Assembly (NCBI GenBank): GCA_963796275.1
Contig: CAWCKY010000004.1
Coordinates: 800,001-864,000, forward strand
From: an uncultured Acidobacteriota bacterium
GTDB taxonomy: Bacteria > Acidobacteriota > Blastocatellia > RBC074
DNA: 64,000 bases
Direction: 5' to 3'
Shown: piece by piece, positions 1-9,656 of the stretch
Layout of the letters: every line of letters begins with the position of its first letter
How positions within the stretch are numbered: the stretch's first letter is position 1
Notes under the pieces: generated by a model
Told to the model about the DNA's origin: nothing
The model's database searches: none
What the model saw: only the letters and a program-made list of their open reading frames with translations
Position numbers and translations under genes: made by a program

Positions 1-1095
1 AGCGGCGACTATGCGGCGGCGCTGAACAAGGCGATGGAGAGGATCGGATACGCGGAGCTCAAGAAGGAGCAGGCGGAGAAGCGCAAGCGCGGAGAGTTGA
101 TGGGGATCGGCATCAGCAGCTTCACGGAGATCGTCGGAGCAGGTCCGTCGAAGCACTTCGACATTCTCGGCTTGAAGATGTTCGACAGCGCCGAAATTCG
201 CGTCCACCCGACCGGCAAAGTGCTGGCGCGTTTCGGCACCAAATCCCAGGGTCAGGGACACGAGACGACCTATGCGCAGATAATCGCTGAAGAGCTCGGA
301 TTCCCGGTCGACGATATAGCGATCGAAGAGGGCGACACCGACACCGCGCCTTACGGGCTCGGAACTTATGCCAGCCGGAGCACTCCCACGGCGGGCGCGG
401 CTGGAGCGGTGGCGGCCCGCAAGATCAGAGATAAAGCCAAAAAGATCGCCGCTTACCTGCTCGAGGCTCACGAAGACGACCTGGAATGGGAGCCCGGCAA
501 GTTCTTCGTCAAAGGGTCTCCCGATCGCGCGAAGACGATTCAAGAGATCGCGCTCGCCGCTTATACCAATCATCCACAAGGAATGGAGGCCGGCCTGGAA
601 GCGGTCTCTTATTACGACCCGCCGAATCTCACCTATCCGTTCGGGAGCTATATCTGCGTCGTCGATATCGACAAAGGAACGGGAGAAGTGAAGATCCGCC
701 GGTTCGTGGCGGTCGACGACTGCGGGAACATCATCAACCCGATGATCGTCGAGGGGCAGATTCATGGCGGATTGACCATGGGACTGGGACCGGCTCTCTA
801 TGAGGAGATTCAATACGATGATAGCGGCAACATACTTCAGGGCAGTTTCATGAATTATCTGGTCCCGACGGCGATGGAGACGCCTAATTGGGAGACGGAT
901 AAGACATGCACTCCCTCGCCGCATCACCCTCTCGGAGCGAAGGGCGTCGGAGAGTCCGCGACCGTGGGAGCGCCCGCGGCCATCGTCAATGCGGTGGTGG
1001 ATGCGCTCTGGCATCTCGGTGTGAGACACATCGATATTCCGATCACGCCACCGAAGGTGTGGAAGCTTTTGAGGGATAGGGGGGTGAGTGAGTGA
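1..1095 (+). CDS. coxL: Aerobic carbon monoxide dehydrogenase large subunit, C-terminal part (5' end outside the window), probably form I
   Basis: Frame is open from base 1 (SGDYAAALNKAM...). Molybdopterin motifs QGQGHETT, YGLGTYASRSTPTAGAA and GAKGVGE. Followed by coxD/E/F/G-type genes. The AYxCSFR active-site motif lies outside the window. Confidence 0.9.
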   Translation, partial: SGDYAAALNKAMERIGYAELKKEQAEKRKRGELMGIGISSFTEIVGAGPSKHFDILGLKMFDSAEIRVHPTGKVLARFGTKSQGQGHETTYAQIIAEELGFPVDDIAIEEGDTDTAPYGLGTYASRSTPTAGAAGAVAARKIRDKAKKIAAYLLEAHEDDLEWEPGKFFVKGSPDRAKTIQEIALAAYTNHPQGMEAGLEAVSYYDPPNLTYPFGSYICVVDIDKGTGEVKIRRFVAVDDCGNIINPMIVEGQIHGGLTMGLGPALYEEIQYDDSGNILQGSFMNYLVPTAMETPNWETDKTCTPSPHHPLGAKGVGESATVGAPAAIVNAVVDALWHLGVRHIDIPITPPKVWKLLRDRGVSE

Positions 1096-1287
1096 GAAGG
1101 TCGCAGAGTTATTTAATAATTGTTTGCAGATGCTCAGCTCGGTAATGGTCTTTGAAAATAGATGGGAGCAAGGTTTATGGCCGATCCGTGTTTGCAACCA
1201 TTTTCAAAGAACATCATCGGGTTGAACATCTAGAACTTACTTGTTTTACCACTGCGTTACCCGATAAACGAGAAGGAGGATACGATT

Positions 1288-1617
1288 ATGAAGACAAGAA
1301 CGAATGGAATCATTGGTTTGATCTTTGGCTGTCTGGTTGCCGTAGCGCTGTCTACCGGAGGATTACGGATCACAGCTGACGTGTCAGGAAACCAGGATAC
1401 CAAAATGGCGATCTCAGCCGATCAGATGATCGCCGCTATCAAGACCGCCACTACCGCGAAACCTGGCAATATTCAGGAAGTAGAGCTTGATAAAGAGGGT
1501 GACAAGATCATCTGTGAGGTTGAGGTTCTTGCCCAGGACGGCAAGGTATACGATGTCAGGGTAGATGTCGCAACCAACACGGTGATAAAAGTCGAAGAGG
1601 ATAAGGACAACGACTGA
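1288..1617 (+). CDS. Secreted PepSY-domain protein
   Basis: GGAGGA RBS, N-terminal hydrophobic signal, and a PepSY-like pattern ISADQMIAAIKTA...EVELD...EVEV....G....V.VD..T..V. Confidence 0.75.
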   Translation: MKTRTNGIIGLIFGCLVAVALSTGGLRITADVSGNQDTKMAISADQMIAAIKTATTAKPGNIQEVELDKEGDKIICEVEVLAQDGKVYDVRVDVATNTVIKVEEDKDND

Positions 1618-1674
1618 GAGTAGGACGATATAAACCAAGGATGTTTCACATAACAATTCTACCGGGGTTTCACG

Positions 1675-2688
1675 TTGGCAATGTGGAATGAAATCATCGA
1701 TCAGGCCGCCCTATTGCGTGCTGAAGAGCAACCGTTTGTCATCGCCACCGTGGTCGCCTATAAAAGCCCTCAGTCGGCCAAACCCGGGTCGAAGGCCATC
1801 ATCAAGCCCGATGGATCGATCAGCGGCTGGATAGGAGGGGGCTGCGTTCAGCCCATCGTCGTTCGCGAAGCGCAAAAAGCGCTGAACACAGGCAAGCCGA
1901 AGCTCGTCAGCATCAGCCCGGATCCCACACACGGGGATTGGAAAGGCGTCGAAATCTATGAGATGACGTGCCAGGGCGGCGGCTCTCTGGAGATTTATCT
2001 GGAACCTGTACTTCCCAAACCCAATTTTCTTATCGTAGGCAATTCACCAGTAGCGCAGCTTCTCACCGGATTCGGTCGGATACTAGAATTCAAGGTCACT
2101 GTGGCCGCCCCGGAGGCAACAAAGGAACATTTCCCTGAAGCCGATGTGGTGCTGACCGATCTCGAATCCTTGAGATTGCGCATAGATTCGCGCAGTTATG
2201 TCGTGGTAGCCACCATGGGAAACGGGGATGAAGAAGGGCTGGAAGCAGTCCTGGGTACAAACCCGCAATATATCGGACTGGTCGCAAGCAAAGAGAAAGC
2301 GAAATCGCTCTTTCAGTACGTGCGCGATAAGGGAACGCCGGCTGAACATCTCGACCGCATAAAGTGCCCGGCCGGGATCGAACTCGGAGCGGAGACGCTG
2401 CCTGAGATCGCTCTCAGTGTGATCGCCGAAATCACCCGGTTGCGAAGAGTATCGGGACATGCAGCGGAGCAGGCCGCGGTCGAAAGCCAAAAGTCCGCCA
2501 GCCTGCCGGTCATACTTGGCGAGCTAACTTTGATGGAAAGCATCGACCCTGTATGCGGGATGATCGTCGCAACTGCGAACTCGAAATATAAAACGGCATA
2601 CAAAACGGCCTCGGAGGATAAAATCTTTTATTTCTGTTGCCTCAGATGTAAGGAATCATTCGAGAGGTCGCCACAACTCTACATATGA
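1675..2688 (+). CDS. XdhC/CoxF family Moco chaperone with C-terminal YHS domain
   Basis: ATVV...SAKPGSKA, GWIGGGCV, MTC.GGG, YIGLVAS, PAG.ELGA.T..EIALS. C-terminal DPVCGM...YFCC..CK..F is a YHS motif. Confidence 0.88.
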   Translation: MAMWNEIIDQAALLRAEEQPFVIATVVAYKSPQSAKPGSKAIIKPDGSISGWIGGGCVQPIVVREAQKALNTGKPKLVSISPDPTHGDWKGVEIYEMTCQGGGSLEIYLEPVLPKPNFLIVGNSPVAQLLTGFGRILEFKVTVAAPEATKEHFPEADVVLTDLESLRLRIDSRSYVVVATMGNGDEEGLEAVLGTNPQYIGLVASKEKAKSLFQYVRDKGTPAEHLDRIKCPAGIELGAETLPEIALSVIAEITRLRRVSGHAAEQAAVESQKSASLPVILGELTLMESIDPVCGMIVATANSKYKTAYKTASEDKIFYFCCLRCKESFERSPQLYI

Positions 2689-3290
2689 GAAAGTTCATTT
2701 CCGGACTGGTTCTTGGGGCTGGCGCTTCAAGCCGGTTCGGACAACCTAAACAGCTTCTACCCTTCAAAGGCTCCACTCTGCTCGGCTGGGCAATCAATCA
2801 GGCCGAACGAGCGACAGGACTTGACGAAGTGATCGTCGTCCTGGGCCGCGCCGCTGCCGAGATCCGCGAAAAAGTCGCCTTCGGTAGCGCGAAGGTGGTG
2901 GAGAACCCCGTCTTCGGCGAGGGCTGTGCCTCATCGTACCGCGCGGGCATCGAGGCGCTCGATCCCCAATCCGAAGCGATCATTATTCTTCTCGGCGATC
3001 AGCCGGGAGTTGATCCTGAAACGATCGATCGCGTAGCCGGCGAGTGGCGGAATGGCGATGCCCAGATCGCGCTCGCTTCTTATCAGGGACGAAAAGGTCA
3101 CCCGATGTTGTTCGCCAAACCGCTGTTCGGCCAGCTCGTGGAGCTGCGCGGCGACAAGGCGGCATGGAAGCTCGTCGATGCAAACCCCGCCCTGGTCCGC
3201 GTAATTCCGTTCGACTGTTCCTTTCCCGAAGATATCGATACTCCGGAAGATTTTATACGAGCCGCTGATGGCGATCTGAGGAGAATGTGA
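2685..3290 (+). CDS. mocA: Molybdenum cofactor cytidylyltransferase (MocA-like NTP transferase)
   Basis: LGAGASSRFGQPKQLL, LGDQP, GHP, GDK.A, DIDT. Overlaps the upstream gene (ATGA). CODH uses the MCD cofactor. Confidence 0.85.
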   Translation: MRKFISGLVLGAGASSRFGQPKQLLPFKGSTLLGWAINQAERATGLDEVIVVLGRAAAEIREKVAFGSAKVVENPVFGEGCASSYRAGIEALDPQSEAIIILLGDQPGVDPETIDRVAGEWRNGDAQIALASYQGRKGHPMLFAKPLFGQLVELRGDKAAWKLVDANPALVRVIPFDCSFPEDIDTPEDFIRAADGDLRRM

Positions 3291-3297
3291 GGGAGAT

Positions 3298-4182
3298 GTG
3301 AGAGAGGAAGTACGAAAGATTCAGGAAATGCTCCGCAGCCAAGTCTATATCACCGATGCGGCAGTCGCCACATCGTTGTACCTGGCGATGACACTCGGAA
3401 AGCCGCTCCTGATTGAAGGCCCATCAGGCGTCGGCAAGACCGAGATCGCCAAGGCACTCGCCTCCGCGATCGACGCGAACCTGGTACGCCTTCAGTGTTA
3501 TGAGGGGTTGGATGCTGCTGCTGCGCTTTATGAATGGAATTACGCCAAGCAATTGCTGCATATCAAGCTGCAAGAGGTTTCACGAGCGAACGCGAATCAA
3601 GAAGAGGCGAAAATCTTCAGCGAACATTACCTCTTGAAGCGCCCGCTGCTCGAGGCCATTACCCACCAGACGCACTCCCCCGTCTTATTGATCGACGAGG
3701 TCGATCGGAGCGATGAGGAATTCGAGGCCTTCCTGCTCGAGGTACTCTCAGAGTTCCAGGTGACCATTCCCGAAATCGGAACGATCACGGCGACCTATCG
3801 CCCATACGTCGTATTGACTTCCAACAGGTCGCGAGATCTCTCCGATGCGCTCAGACGGCGATGCCTCTATCTTTGGATCGATTATCCGTCTTTCGACAAG
3901 GAGCTCGAGATCGTGCGCGCCCGGGTGCCCGCGATCGGCGAGGAGCTTTCAGCGGAGGTTACGCGCGTGATTCAAGCGATCAGAAAGCTGAATCTGGTCA
4001 AGGTTCCGGGAGTTGCCGAGACGCTCGACTGGGCCACTGCGCTGGCCGCATTGAACACGACGCAGCTCAACCGCGAGGTGATCGTTGAGACCAGCGGCTG
4101 CTTTATAAAGGACGAGACAGATCTGCGCAAAGTTGAAGCCGAGCTGAGCGCTGGTACGATAGTGAACGACACCAGAAAATGA
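3298..4182 (+). CDS. coxD: MoxR-family AAA+ ATPase, CoxD
   Basis: Walker A EGPSGVGKT, RLQCYEGLD...ALYEWNY, LLIDEVD, DALRRRC, PGVAETLDW. Confidence 0.9.
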   Translation: MREEVRKIQEMLRSQVYITDAAVATSLYLAMTLGKPLLIEGPSGVGKTEIAKALASAIDANLVRLQCYEGLDAAAALYEWNYAKQLLHIKLQEVSRANANQEEAKIFSEHYLLKRPLLEAITHQTHSPVLLIDEVDRSDEEFEAFLLEVLSEFQVTIPEIGTITATYRPYVVLTSNRSRDLSDALRRRCLYLWIDYPSFDKELEIVRARVPAIGEELSAEVTRVIQAIRKLNLVKVPGVAETLDWATALAALNTTQLNREVIVETSGCFIKDETDLRKVEAELSAGTIVNDTRK

Positions 4183-4253
4183 ACGTTGTGCATATGGAGT
4201 TCCCAAATCGCTGAAGGGGGGAACTCCCAACGTTTTCACAGTGAGGAGCTATT

Positions 4254-5405
4254 TTGAATCTCGATCCGACATCCGGAACATCCATTCTAGATGAGACAGT
4301 GCTCTTCTGCAGAACTCTCAGGGAGCATGGATTGATGGTGACGCCGAGCGAGGCGATCGACGCGGTCGCGGTGCTCGGGCTCATCAACCTCGACGACCGG
4401 CAGGAGACCTTCTGGGGCCTAAGAAGCGTACTGACATCGCGCGTGGAAGACTTCCCCGTCTTTGAGGAGCTCTTCGAAGAGTTCTGGCGCCGGCAGAGCA
4501 GGAGAAAGGTCTCAGGGCGAGACGCATCGAATAGCGGCCAACAAACCCGCCTCACTTCGACTCGCCCCAACGATAAGGGGCTGGCTTTCTTCCTTGAACA
4601 CTGGGGCGAGATGGGAGAGCGCTCCGCTGAATCGATCAGGTTGCCTGGTGCGAGCGATGTCGAATCAATCTCCGAAAAAGACTTCAGTCAGTTCCGCGAT
4701 GATGAGCTCGAGGAAATCTCACGGATCGCGAGAAGAATCGTTAAGAAGCTCGCACGCAACACGAGCCGCCGCTGGAAGCCCGTCAGGCGCGGCCCCAAAG
4801 TCAACTTGCGCGGAACTCTGCGCCGGTCTCTCGGGGCTGGCGGCGAATTGGTCGAGCTCTCGTTCAAACAACGCAAACAAAAGAAGACCAGACTGGTCGT
4901 CATCTGCGATGTGTCGGGATCGATGGACTTCTACAGCCGGGTTCTTCTTCAATTCATCTACGGGCTGCAAAACAGTTTCGCGCGCGTGGAGACATTCGTC
5001 TTCAGCACATCGCTCGCACGAATAACCGGACATCTGAAGCGAAAGAGATACAAGGAGGCACTGGAACGCCTGGCGGATGATGTCCGCGGATGGTCCGGCG
5101 GCACACTCATCGGTCCGAGCATCGCTGCGTTCAATTCGGGCTGGCCCAGGTTTGTTGATAGCCGCACCATTGTCATTATATTGAGTGACGGGTGGGATAC
5201 CGGAGATTCTGAGGTGCTCAGCGCATCACTCGCCGATTTGAAAAAACGCTCTGGAAAGCTGATCTGGCTCAACCCGTTACTGGGCAGCCCGGACTATCAG
5301 CCGCTCGCTCGCGGTATGCAGGCCGCGCTTCCGTATATAGACGTGTTCGCGCCTATGAATAATCGGGCGAGCCTCAGAGCGCTGGACAGGCACTTGGTGC
5401 TGTGA
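4254..5405 (+). CDS. coxE: VWA domain CoxE-like protein
   Basis: MIDAS DVSGSM, WSGGT, ILSDGWD, WLNPL; follows coxD. Confidence 0.9.
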   Translation: MNLDPTSGTSILDETVLFCRTLREHGLMVTPSEAIDAVAVLGLINLDDRQETFWGLRSVLTSRVEDFPVFEELFEEFWRRQSRRKVSGRDASNSGQQTRLTSTRPNDKGLAFFLEHWGEMGERSAESIRLPGASDVESISEKDFSQFRDDELEEISRIARRIVKKLARNTSRRWKPVRRGPKVNLRGTLRRSLGAGGELVELSFKQRKQKKTRLVVICDVSGSMDFYSRVLLQFIYGLQNSFARVETFVFSTSLARITGHLKRKRYKEALERLADDVRGWSGGTLIGPSIAAFNSGWPRFVDSRTIVIILSDGWDTGDSEVLSASLADLKKRSGKLIWLNPLLGSPDYQPLARGMQAALPYIDVFAPMNNRASLRALDRHLVL

Positions 5406-5412
5406 TCGAAAG

Positions 5413-5478
5413 AGTTTTCAGTTTTCAGTTCTCAGTTTTCAGAACTGAAAACCGGCTGAAAACTGAAAACTGAAAACT
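5413..5478. repeat. Inverted heptamer tandem repeats (AGTTTTC)n/(GAAAACT)n forming a hairpin
   Basis: Seen directly between coxE and xdhC; the same motif recurs elsewhere in the window. Confidence 0.8.
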
Positions 5479-5482
5479 ATCT

Positions 5483-6562
5483 ATGGAGCAGGTATTCGAC
5501 CAGATCGAAGCGATCGGAAAAACCGAGAGTCGGGTGGCGATGGCCACGCTCATCTCCACCAAAGGCACGAGCCCGAAAAAGGAAGGGGCCAAGATGTGGG
5601 TGAGCGAATCCGGCAGCATACTCGGCTCTGTGACAATCGGCGGATGCGTAGACGCACGAGTGATCGAAGAGTCGGAAGAAGCGCTCGCATCATTCATGCC
5701 ACGTCTTCTTTCGGTCGACCTCGGCGAAGAGGACGCCTGGGAAGGCGGATTCACCTGCGCCGGAACCATTCAGGTCCTGATCGAACCGCTAGACCTGGCC
5801 AACCGCGAAGACACTTTGTTAAATCTCTACCGGGCAATTCAAGACGAAGTGAAATGCGGAAAGTGCGCCGTTCTGGCCACGCTCCTGGGCCATACTTCGT
5901 CGAAGCTCGGCATCTACGAAGATGGGCGCACTTCCGGAACCCTGGGCGATGCGGCGCTCGATCGAGAGGCGCGTGAGACTGCGCGAGGACTGATCCAGCA
6001 GCGAGCTTCTCGCACTGTATTATTGGCATCAAGTTCATCTTCGACCGAAGTATTCTTCGAGGTGCACGCTCCCGCGTCGGCCCTGATCATCTTCGGTGCG
6101 GGTCCGGTTTCGATGCATCTGGCGAACCTGGGCGGGGAGCTCGGTCTGCGGACAGTGGTGATCGACAGCAGACCACGCTTCGCAAACCGCCAAAGATTTC
6201 CTCAAGCTGACGATCTGCTGATCGGAATCCCTTCCGAAATCGCCGGGTCGCTGACTTACACGTCATCAACTTTTGTCGTCCTGACGGCGCACGACTATAA
6301 GTACGACATACCTGTGCTCAAAACAGTGCTGGGGACCGAGGCGGGCTATATCGGCTTGCTCGGGAGCAAGAGGAGAGGTCAGGCGATCCTGAAGTTCCTC
6401 AGAGAGAGCGGCCTGGACGAGCGCACGCTCGATCGAGTGCACGTGCCAACCGGATTGGACATCGGCGCGCAAACGGCGGCCGAGATTGCCTTGAGCATAC
6501 TGGCTGAAGCGGTTGCGGTAAAAGCAGCACGACAGGGGTCGTCGATGAGGAAAAACGTATGA
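5483..6562 (+). CDS. XdhC/CoxI family protein
   Basis: ATL....GTSPKKEGAKM, GSVTIGGCVD, FTCAGTI, YIGLLGS, P.GLDIGA.T..EIALSI. Confidence 0.88.
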   Translation: MEQVFDQIEAIGKTESRVAMATLISTKGTSPKKEGAKMWVSESGSILGSVTIGGCVDARVIEESEEALASFMPRLLSVDLGEEDAWEGGFTCAGTIQVLIEPLDLANREDTLLNLYRAIQDEVKCGKCAVLATLLGHTSSKLGIYEDGRTSGTLGDAALDREARETARGLIQQRASRTVLLASSSSSTEVFFEVHAPASALIIFGAGPVSMHLANLGGELGLRTVVIDSRPRFANRQRFPQADDLLIGIPSEIAGSLTYTSSTFVVLTAHDYKYDIPVLKTVLGTEAGYIGLLGSKRRGQAILKFLRESGLDERTLDRVHVPTGLDIGAQTAAEIALSILAEAVAVKAARQGSSMRKNV

Positions 6563-6564
6563 AA

Positions 6565-7051
6565 GTTTTTAGTTTTCAGTTTTTAGTAGCTGATCGCGAC
6601 AGCTCAGCTAAAAACTAAAAACTAAAAACTGAAATTAACTGTTCAGCCTCTTCGCCGCGTTAGCTGCGGTTGATTGTAGTTGTGGGATTTCAACCCACGG
6701 TCGGCGAGCAGTATTTTCTCACTCACCTTGCGACGGACCGATGTCCTCTTCTTCGCCGCGTTAGCGGCGGCTGATAGTAGCCGTGGGTTTTAACCAGGTT
6801 TTAACCCACGGACGGCATGAAGGATATTCCCGCGTCGCGTCAGCGACGCCTGATTCAACCGTCGCTGACGCGACGTGAAAAAATCTATACCGCTACCGTG
6901 GGTTAAAACCCACGACTACAATCAACCGCCGCTAACGCGGCGAAGAGGTTGAACAGTTAATTTCAGTTTTTAGTTTTTAGTTTTTAGTTTTTAATTCAGA
7001 AAACTGAAAACTGAAAACTGAAAACTCAGAACTCAGAACTCAGAACTCAGA
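6565..7051. repeat. Nested REP/REPIN-like palindromic element flanked by heptamer repeats
   Basis: Long inverted arms (about 6610-6700 vs 6895-6990: AACTGTTCAGCCTCTTCGCCGCGTTAG / CTAACGCGGCGAAGAGGTTGAACAGTT). Internal palindromes CCGTGGGTT..AACCCACGG and CGTCGCGTCAGCGACG. A related copy lies at 27600-27800. Confidence 0.8.
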
Positions 7052-7058
7052 AGAAGAT

Positions 7059-7439
7059 ATGGCCGCGCTCTACAGCGAAATTCTACTCGATCATTTTCGC
7101 AATCCGCGAAACTACGGCAGTCTGCCATCTGCCGATGTCACCCACGAAATTTTCAATCCGCTCTGCGGCGATCGGATCAGGATCGAGCTCGAGATCAGAG
7201 ACGGCCGCATCGAAGCAGCCCGCTTCGTGGGCGATGGGTGTGCGATCAGCATGGCCGCGGCTTCAATGCTCACAGAGATGACGATCGGCGGAGAGATAGA
7301 TCATCTGGTCTCCAGCGATCAGCTTCTTTCATCGCTCAAGAGCGATATCAAACCTTCCAGGATCAAATGCGCACTGCTTCCGCTCGAAGCGCTCTGCTCG
7401 GGAGTTGAAATATACAAGCAGCAGGCAGCCGGCCCGTGA
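7059..7439 (+). CDS. SufU/IscU-type Fe-S scaffold or sulfur-transfer protein
   Basis: LYSEILLDHFRNPRNYG, NPLCGD, GCAIS.AAAS, RIKCALL. Confidence 0.88.
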   Translation: MAALYSEILLDHFRNPRNYGSLPSADVTHEIFNPLCGDRIRIELEIRDGRIEAARFVGDGCAISMAAASMLTEMTIGGEIDHLVSSDQLLSSLKSDIKPSRIKCALLPLEALCSGVEIYKQQAAGP

Positions 7440-7440
7440 T

Positions 7441-8046
7441 TCAACCGGCATGTCTTCCGAACAGGCGAAGGAAGAAGCGGGCGATGACATTCCACAACGC
7501 GTTGAGCAGAAGCGAGGGAGCGCTGAGTGCTTTCGTTTCGGTCGGTGGAGTTGTTTCATTAGATCGAATATCGGCAGTGGGAGGTTGATCAGCGACTTCG
7601 AGATTTTTTTTCACACAGGCCGAGAATTGCCGGAACAGTTGCTTTGAAACCTCTTCAATCATCCCGCGCCCGAACTGGACCACTTTTCCGACGAGGTCCA
7701 CCTCAGCACTGACGACAACCAGCGCTCCTCCGGAATCGACCGGCGTAACTATGCTGAGCATGTTGACCTTTGCAGATCCGGCGCCGCCGGTTTCACGCCC
7801 TTCTCCTACCATCCGGACCCGGTGGTTCTGCTCGTCCAATTCAGTAAATTTGATCTGGCCTTTGTACGACATGGCGACCGGGCCGATCTTCACCTTCACC
7901 GCGCCCAGAAACGTGCGCTCGGCTTGCGACTCCAAAAGCTCTGCGCCAGGTATGCAGACGACCACTTTGGCAGGGTCGATCAGATATTCCCATACCTTTT
8001 GAACCGGTGCTCGTACTTCAAATTGTTCTTCGATCTTAAATGGCAT
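7441..8046 (-). CDS. coxG: CoxG / SRPBCC family CO dehydrogenase accessory protein
   Basis: VW..L.DP..V..CIPGA, VKIGPV...Y.G, G...QFGRGMI; C-terminal amphipathic or membrane tail. Confidence 0.85.
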   Translation of the reverse strand: MPFKIEEQFEVRAPVQKVWEYLIDPAKVVVCIPGAELLESQAERTFLGAVKVKIGPVAMSYKGQIKFTELDEQNHRVRMVGEGRETGGAGSAKVNMLSIVTPVDSGGALVVVSAEVDLVGKVVQFGRGMIEEVSKQLFRQFSACVKKNLEVADQPPTADIRSNETTPPTETKALSAPSLLLNALWNVIARFFLRLFGRHAG

Positions 8047-8710
8047 CGTAGAAATTCTCCTGTAGACACATTTTATATGCGTCTATGTAGCTCAACAAGG
8101 CCATATTCCCCACTGCCTCGACGCCCAGCTTTGCTCCGCCTGTATTGACGAATCAAATTTGGTTAACGACTGCCCCGCAAGACGCCTTACAACAATGCTC
8201 GCCTTTTCGCTCCCCCTTTTTCCCTTTAATTCGATCATACAACTAAAGATTACACCTACGCCGGTTTGGAGAAAGAAGCATCAATGCAACTCAAAAAGAC
8301 CGGCCGCGCAATACCTTATCACACAATATTTAGAGTGCCACCAGCAACCGACGCGTAAATTAAGCGGATTTGATAATTGACTTCTTATGATTACCCGTGA
8401 TACATACGACTCAATAATTCAGCTCCAAAACAAAAGATAGTAACAGACGTAACAAGAGGCAGTCATAAGGGATCGAGTTAAGCGGTAGAGGGGGAAGGAC
8501 TGTCCAAGCGCGTCAAAATTAAGAGATTGGAGACGGGGATGGCATTGCTGCGCCCAGCTGAGAACGCAGGGGTAAAAGTCCTTATCGATATCAGGTTTTA
8601 TAACAATATCTGAGCTAATTCCTATTCGCGTAAGTTTACTTTTGTATTACTCGTCCGAAGAGAAAACATTCGAAGATGCCGGCGTGAAGTCATCAAGGTA
8701 GAAGTCAAAA

Positions 8711-8736
8711 CTCAGTAAGACATCTCAGTAAGACAT
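8711..8736. repeat. 13-bp perfect tandem duplication CTCAGTAAGACAT x2 upstream of the xylanase
   Basis: Directly visible. Confidence 0.7.
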
Positions 8737-8843
8737 CTAATCGATTTACTCAGAACAAGGCGGCGGGCCAGGCGGCCGGCCATCGGAACAACGGGGGGCG
8801 ACTCCAGTTGAAGTCGCCAGTTTACTATAAAACGGAGGTCACT

Positions 8844-9528
8844 ATGGAGCTGAAAAAACTATCCAGAAAAGGACTGCTAATAGTATTCTCGTCCGTGTTG
8901 TTGTTTGGTATAACGAAGCAGTCAAACGCCCAAACCATATGCAACAATCAAACGGGCACCCACAGCGGCTACTTCTATTCGTTTTGGAAGGATACTGGGT
9001 CAGCCTGCATAACTTTGGGCTCCGGTGGAAATTACGATGTAAGTTGGAATCTGGGTTCCGGGAATCTTGTTACCGGCAAAGGCTGGAGTACCGGATCATC
9101 GAGCAGGAGAGTAGGCTACAACGCAGGCATCTGGTCGCCGTCCGGCAATGCATACTTGACTCTCTATGGGTGGACGAGAAACCCACTTATAGAATATTAC
9201 GTCGTTGATAGCTGGGGCAGTTTTAGGCCGCCTGGAGGAACTTCAATAGGCACCGTTACCAGTGATGGTGGTACATACAACATATATCGGACCCAGCGAG
9301 TCAACGCACCTTCCATTGAAGGCACTAGAACTTTTTTTCAGTACTGGAGTGTCCGGACGTCGAAGAGACCGACCGGGAGCAACCAAACCATCACCTTTGC
9401 CAACCACGTTAACGCCTGGAGGAATTTAGGCTTGAATCTGGGGAGTCATGATTACCAGATAATGGCAACAGAGGGATTTCAAAGCAGCGGGAAGATCTAA
9501 CCTAACGGTTTGGTCAACAGTAACGTAA
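8844..9528 (+). CDS. Endo-1,4-beta-xylanase, GH11, with an apparent 1-bp frameshift near the C-terminus (ORF as given stops at 9500)
   Basis: GGAGG RBS before ATG 8844; signal peptide; [40 protein letters not shown]. Removing one A at about 9492 restores ...[14 protein letters not shown]. Confidence 0.92.
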
Positions 9529-9535
9529 CAAAGTT

Positions 9536-9640
9536 GAGTTGATAGTTGATAGTTGATAGTTGATAGTTTATTATTTGATAGTTCAGATAAACCTTTTCAC
9601 AGGGTATACGAATTATCAAATATCTATCAATTATCAATTA
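9536..9640. repeat. Inverted heptamer repeats (GATAGTT)n / (AATTATC)-like
   Basis: TTGATAGTTGATAG... arm paired with ...TATCAATTATCAATTATC. Confidence 0.65.
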
Positions 9641-9656
9641 TCTCAGAGGAGACACC

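Noticed and set aside
8400-8843. Known riboswitch (e.g. c-di-GMP) upstream of the xylanase
   Set aside because: I could not match a consensus by eye; a covariance search is needed.
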